Shown: piece after piece, positions 59,610-64,000 of the stretch | Layout of the letters: the number at the start of each line of letters is the position of its first letter | How positions within the stretch are numbered: position 1 is the stretch's first letter | NCBI GenBank assembly: GCA_965250085.1 | Contig: OZ252287.1 | Span: forward strand, 1,152,001-1,216,000 | DNA length: 64,000 bases | Direction of reading: 5' to 3' | Source: Candidatus Altimarinota bacterium | GTDB lineage: Bacteria > Patescibacteriota > Gracilibacteria > CAIRYL01 | Position numbers and translations under genes: made by a program | The notes under the pieces: model-generated | Database searches by the model: none | Told to the model about the DNA's origin: nothing | The model's input: the letters and a program-made list of their open reading frames with translations, nothing else

Positions 59610-61106
59610 ATGTCAGAAAAATATGATATTGGACTTATCGGACTCGCAGTTATGGGGGCAAATCTTGCTCGAAATCTTGCTAATAATGATCACAAAACCC
59701 TTGTTTTTAACCGTACCACTAAAAAAACTACTGAATTTGTAAAAGAATTTGGTGGAGAAAATTTGCAAGGAGCAGAGTCTCTCGAAGAGTTTGTTGCTTC
59801 GCTCTCTGCGCCACGAAAAATTATTATCATGATTAAAGCAGGGAATCCAGTAGACATGCAAATAGAAGCCCTCGTTCCGCTCTTAGAGAAAGGCGATATT
59901 GTGATTGACTGTGGCAATTCCCATTGGTCGGACACCGTGCGCCGAGAAGAACACTTGAAGAAAAAAGGGATTTTGTTTTTTGGAACCGGGGTCAGTGGCG
60001 GAGAAGAAGGAGCTCTCAATGGACCAAGTATTATGCCGGGCGGGAATAAAGCGGCGTATCAAAAATATCTGGCGCCAATATTTGAATCTATTGCGGCTAA
60101 AGATTTTTCTGAAGGGAAATGTGTTACTTGGATTGGGGAAAATGGAGCTGGGCATTATGTAAAAATGGTACATAATGGAATTGAGTATGCGGTTATGCAG
60201 ATGCTCGCAGAAGTATATGACATGCTTCGAAAGTTGTATTCACTGAAGCCTCCTCAAATGGCGGAGATTTTTCAAAATCTTCATTCTGGAAAACTTCAAT
60301 CATTTCTTACGGAAATTTCTATCGAAATTCTAAAAAAAGAAGACGATCTTAAAAAGGGATATCTCATCGATACAATACTTGATGCAGCAGGTCAAAAAGG
60401 GACTGGAAAGTGGACAGTATTTGATGCCGTAGAAAGAGGAGTTGCAGCATCGAGTATTTCTGAAGCCGTTAACGCTCGTGTTATTTCCAGTCAAAAGGAT
60501 CTGAGGGTTCAACTGTCACAACAAATCTCCCCTAGCTACGAAGTGATCCCTTTAGGGAACCCCTCTTTGCAAAAGAGGGGGACTTCCCCCTTTGAAAAAG
60601 GGGGATTGAGGGGGATTTTATCTCAAAAAGATTTTATATCCCTCCTAGAAGATGCAATTTCTGCAGGAATGCTGAGTGCATATGCTCAGGGATATGCACT
60701 GATTTCTCAGGCAGCTCAAGAACAGAACTGGGATATAAATCTCGCGGAAATCTCACGTATTTGGCAGGGAGGATGCATTATTCGCGCCAGAATACTCGAA
60801 TTCCTCAACGATACATTTCGAAAGTCAGGAAGTAAAACCTCTCAGCTCTTGAGTCTGCCGGAAATAGCTCAAGAAATCTCTGCTTCACTTCCATCAATGA
60901 GAATGGCGGTTTCTACTGGGATTATGGGAGGAGTGCCACTTCCGGCTCTTTCAAGTGCACTTTCCTATCTTGAAAACATAAGAAACCAAGAAGGAAGTGC
61001 TAATTTTATTCAGGCACTCAGGGATAATTTTGGTGCTCATACATTTGAGCGCAACGATCAGGAAGGAATATTTCATGCAGACTGGAATGATTCAGATAAT
61101 TCCTAA
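59610..61106 (+). CDS. gnd: 6-phosphogluconate dehydrogenase (NADP) with 33-aa repeat-derived insertion
   Basis: GLAVMG, GVSGGEEGA, KMVHNGIEY, QKGTGKWT, WQGGCIIR, RDNFGAHTF. Confidence 0.98.
   Translation: MSEKYDIGLIGLAVMGANLARNLANNDHKTLVFNRTTKKTTEFVKEFGGENLQGAESLEEFVASLSAPRKIIIMIKAGNPVDMQIEALVPLLEKGDIVIDCGNSHWSDTVRREEHLKKKGILFFGTGVSGGEEGALNGPSIMPGGNKAAYQKYLAPIFESIAAKDFSEGKCVTWIGENGAGHYVKMVHNGIEYAVMQMLAEVYDMLRKLYSLKPPQMAEIFQNLHSGKLQSFLTEISIEILKKEDDLKKGYLIDTILDAAGQKGTGKWTVFDAVERGVAASSISEAVNARVISSQKDLRVQLSQQISPSYEVIPLGNPSLQKRGTSPFEKGGLRGILSQKDFISLLEDAISAGMLSAYAQGYALISQAAQEQNWDINLAEISRIWQGGCIIRARILEFLNDTFRKSGSKTSQLLSLPEIAQEISASLPSMRMAVSTGIMGGVPLPALSSALSYLENIRNQEGSANFIQALRDNFGAHTFERNDQEGIFHADWNDSDNS
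60523..60622 (+). repeat. 100-bp composite palindromic element, in frame inside gnd
   Basis: Encodes ISPSYEVIPLGNPSLQKRGTSPFEKGGLRGILS; 96/100 identical to 53898-53997. Confidence 0.95.
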
Positions 61107-61552
61107 TATCTAATACCTAATTTCTAATCAAAATTAAATGTCTAATGATCTCAAATATGATTTAGAGGAGAGAACTGCTAAGTTTGGAGAAGGAATCATC
61201 GTGTTTTGTAAAAAAATACCAGAAAATACAATTATACGACCAATTATTTCTCAGTTGATAAGATCAGCTACTAGCGTTGGAGCAAATTACTCAGAAGCAG
61301 ATAATGCGGAATCTAAAAGAGATTTTAAACACAAGATCGGCACTTGTAAGAAAGAATCAAAAGAAACAAAACATTGGCTTCGAATGCTTATATCAGCTAT
61401 TCCTGAATTTACAGAGGAAGCAAAAAAATATATGCAAGAAGAGAAGGAATTAAACTTAATCTTCAATGCTATAATGTATTCTGCAAATAAGAAACAGTCA
61501 TTTTGTCATTAGACATTCATTAGTTATTCGAGCAATTAGACATTAGAAATTT
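61097..61552. repeat. Inverted 7-bp-periodic arrays flanking the four-helix-bundle gene
   Basis: TAATTCC TAATATC TAATACC TAATTTC...AATGTCTAATGA upstream; TCATTAGACATT...AATTAG ACATTAG AAATT downstream. Confidence 0.85.
61138..61512 (+). CDS. Four-helix-bundle protein (23S rRNA-IVP / Avd-like)
   Basis: DLEERT..F, QLIRSATSVGANYSEA, SKRDFKHK, KESKETKHWL. Confidence 0.92.
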   Translation: MSNDLKYDLEERTAKFGEGIIVFCKKIPENTIIRPIISQLIRSATSVGANYSEADNAESKRDFKHKIGTCKKESKETKHWLRMLISAIPEFTEEAKKYMQEEKELNLIFNAIMYSANKKQSFCH

Positions 61553-61565
61553 CCCCAACCTTCTT

Positions 61566-62987
61566 ATGAAAACTCTTCAAAAGCCCTTCATTCTCACTAT
61601 CTTCGGTGCTTCTGGAGATTTGGCAAAGCTCAAGATATTTCCATCAATTTTTTCTCTTGCTGAGAAAAAACTTCTCCCAAAAAATTTTTATATTGTGGGA
61701 TACGCGAGGAGTAAAAAAGATCGTGAGAATTTTCAAAGAGAGTTTCTCTACAGTATTATCGAAGCCCATGGAAAGAAAAAAGGATTTTCTGCTGCACTCG
61801 TAGAACAGCTTATTTCCCATGTGTACTACTTTTCCGGACAATATGATCAGAAAGAGGATTTTGTAGCATACCGAAAGTATCTTTCGGATATTACCAAAGG
61901 GAAAGTGGGATCTATGCCTCATATTGCCTATTTTTCCGTTCCACCATTTGTATTTCATCCGATTATTGAAAATTTGGCATTGGCGCGAAAATCCAAATCA
62001 GAAGATATTCGAATTGTTTTGGAAAAACCGTTTGGAGATGACGAAGAATCTGCTCAAAAACTTTTTCATTTTATTTCTCAGTATTTTCAGGACAAACAAA
62101 TCTACCTCCTGGATCACTATTTGGGGAAACCAGGAGTACAGAGTATCTTGTCTTTAAGACATGCTAACAGCATTCTCAATATGCTCCTGAAGGGGAGAGA
62201 GATCGCTACTATTCAGATGAGTGCACTCGAAGATTTTGGAGTCGAAGAGCGCATTGGATATTTTGATGAAGTGGGAATCATGAAAGATATGTTTCAGTCA
62301 CACCTGACACAAATACTCGCCATGATTACGATGTCTATTCCACTGACAGAGACTGCAGAGAGTTTTCAACGGGAAAAATATGCCATTCTTTCGGCGCTCA
62401 AATTTTCTCCAAAAAAAGACCATATCTATTTAGGACAATACAAAGGATATCGCGATCTTGAAGGAGTCAAAAAAGGATCCAATACAGAAACATTTATGAG
62501 CGTAAAAATTAAAATAGATAGGGAGAGCTGGTATGGAGTCCCTATTTTTATTCGTACTGGGAAAAAGATTGATCGGAAAATAACGTATGTGGTCATAGAG
62601 TTTAAAAAGATGAAATTTCAGAAACACCTTGAGCCCAACAGGCTTATTATTGAATTACAGCCGGATCAAAAAATCCATTTCAAACTCCTCAACAAACATG
62701 GACACTCTATTGACCATCATGAAGTCAGTCCGTCGGAATCTATCGCATGTGGCGAGGACAAATGTCTCCCAGAACATGCCACACTTCTTCTGGATGTTCT
62801 CAATAAAGACAAACTTCATTTTCTGAGCTTCCTTGAAGTTCTTGCTGCATGGCGCATTACCGATTCAATTCTCGGTTTTATCAAAAGATCAAAAATGACA
62901 CCTGAATCATATGAGCATGGCACTCCTTCTCCTCAAAAGAGTGAACAGATCTTTCATAAACAAGGAGAAGGATGGTTTGAAATATAA
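61566..62987 (+). CDS. zwf: Glucose-6-phosphate dehydrogenase
   Basis: IFGASGDLA, LEKPFG, DHYLGK, GYFD, WYGVPIFIRTGK. Confidence 0.97.
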   Translation: MKTLQKPFILTIFGASGDLAKLKIFPSIFSLAEKKLLPKNFYIVGYARSKKDRENFQREFLYSIIEAHGKKKGFSAALVEQLISHVYYFSGQYDQKEDFVAYRKYLSDITKGKVGSMPHIAYFSVPPFVFHPIIENLALARKSKSEDIRIVLEKPFGDDEESAQKLFHFISQYFQDKQIYLLDHYLGKPGVQSILSLRHANSILNMLLKGREIATIQMSALEDFGVEERIGYFDEVGIMKDMFQSHLTQILAMITMSIPLTETAESFQREKYAILSALKFSPKKDHIYLGQYKGYRDLEGVKKGSNTETFMSVKIKIDRESWYGVPIFIRTGKKIDRKITYVVIEFKKMKFQKHLEPNRLIIELQPDQKIHFKLLNKHGHSIDHHEVSPSESIACGEDKCLPEHATLLLDVLNKDKLHFLSFLEVLAAWRITDSILGFIKRSKMTPESYEHGTPSPQKSEQIFHKQGEGWFEI

Positions 62988-63003
62988 AATTCCTTTCTCA
63001 ATT

Positions 63004-63675
63004 ATGAAAATTCATACCTTTGAAGACAAAAACGAATGGATGAATGCTTCGATTCAGGAGATTATATCCGATCTTTCTGAGAATACTTTTTCTTTGGCAT
63101 TAAGTGGAGGAAGCACACCATCTCCTGTCTATGAAAAACTGGCAAAACGAGATCTTCACTGGTCAAAGGCAGATATTTTTCAAGTAGATGAAAGATTTAT
63201 TTCTCCGGAGAGAGATGAATCCAATCGAAGACTTATCGAGAAAAGCTTTATCGGACATCTTACATCACCGATTCGAAGCTTTCATTATTTTAAAACAGAA
63301 GAAGATATCACCTGGGAGACATCTGCCGAGAAATACGACAGCTTTTTGCGAAAATATGACAGAGGGTTTGATGTCTGTATTTTGGGGATTGGCCCCGACG
63401 GACATACGGCATCACTTTTTCCAGGAGAACCCGCAAGTTCTGAAACTGACAAACTCGCTATGACTTCTGAGACAAATCAATTTCCAGTATGGAAGCGCAT
63501 GACGATCACCTTCCCACAAATTCTTAAAAGTAAAAAACTCATTGTTCTTCTGAGGGGAAAGGACAAAAAAGAAATCCTTGAAGAATTGCTTCACGGAAAA
63601 AAAACATGGGAAAAATTTCCAAGCAAAAAATTATTGGAGCATAACAATCTCCATATTCTTTTCCTAGAGGAGTAA
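63004..63675 (+). CDS. pgl: 6-phosphogluconolactonase
   Basis: ALSGGSTP, VDERF, LGIGPDGHTASLFP. Confidence 0.95.
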   Translation: MKIHTFEDKNEWMNASIQEIISDLSENTFSLALSGGSTPSPVYEKLAKRDLHWSKADIFQVDERFISPERDESNRRLIEKSFIGHLTSPIRSFHYFKTEEDITWETSAEKYDSFLRKYDRGFDVCILGIGPDGHTASLFPGEPASSETDKLAMTSETNQFPVWKRMTITFPQILKSKKLIVLLRGKDKKEILEELLHGKKTWEKFPSKKLLEHNNLHILFLEE

Positions 63676-63687
63676 ACGACTATGGTT

Positions 63688-63975
63688 TTATTTCGAAATG
63701 AGATCAGGTCTTTTATCGATCATGGCATGTACATACATATTCCATTTCTCGATATGTCTTGTGAATCGTACCTGCCTCTTCCAAATATCTTTATTTCTTT
63801 TGCCAACAATAAGCATGTAGAAAAAATGAAAAAACGAGAGAAAGGCAATCCATATACCCCAAACCCATAAAACCCAACATTCTATAAAAAACCATAAGAA
63901 TCGAAAAACAAAAAGACGTGATATTCTGGTCCTAAAGTCTACTTTTAAACTCATTTCTGAAGGCTTTTTTTTCAT
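63688..63975 (-). CDS. Small membrane protein (DUF4389-like)
   Basis: Two TMs, LIVGKR...IDKRP pattern. Confidence 0.6.
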   Translation of the reverse strand: MKKKPSEMSLKVDFRTRISRLFVFRFLWFFIECWVLWVWGIWIAFLSFFHFFYMLIVGKRNKDIWKRQVRFTRHIEKWNMYVHAMIDKRPDLISK

Positions 63976-64000
63976 AGAGAGGACAGAAATGGCAAAAATA

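Overview
This 64-kb window is AT-rich, uses standard code 11, and comes from a CPR (Patescibacteria)-type bacterium, most likely Peregrinibacteria-like. That placement is inferred from the missing rpmD after rpsE, SD-less U-rich leaders, and SLH, DKNYY and four-helix-bundle genes. Core content: the 3' part of the S10/spc ribosomal operon (rplP-rpsE), ctpA-like protease, purH, recJ, holB, gyrA, mscS, pyrD, recF, grxD-bolA, guaA, a C-terminal-only mutS, gshA, rpmB, tRNA-Ser(GGA), msrAB, murF, fsa/tal, pgi, ferritin, fbp and a gnd-zwf-pgl operon. Accessory content: a 1.6-kb island bounded by a 19-bp duplication of the guaA 3' end, a composite island at tRNA-Ser, a Fic cassette flanked by 44-bp repeats, an inverted tRNA-Ser 5'-half, an IS1595 splitting a DKNYY-SLH gene, and two modular Cys-rich surface paralogues. 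The tRNA-Ser island has 18-bp att repeats, a serine-recombinase remnant, a two-gene R-M system and a twice-repeated covarying noncoding element. Four signals remain the most interesting. (1) A four-helix-bundle (IVP/Avd-like) ORF is looped out by inverted 7-bp-periodic arrays, and gene-less arrays of the same style are scattered across the window. (2) Nested palindromic REP-like elements insert in frame into gnd and guaA. (3) An Ile/Val leader-peptide attenuator sits in front of an orphan gene and a ~217-nt structured RNA candidate. (4) Single-base or start-codon defects uncouple the N-termini of msrAB and fbp. All alignments and folds were done by eye; no searches were run.
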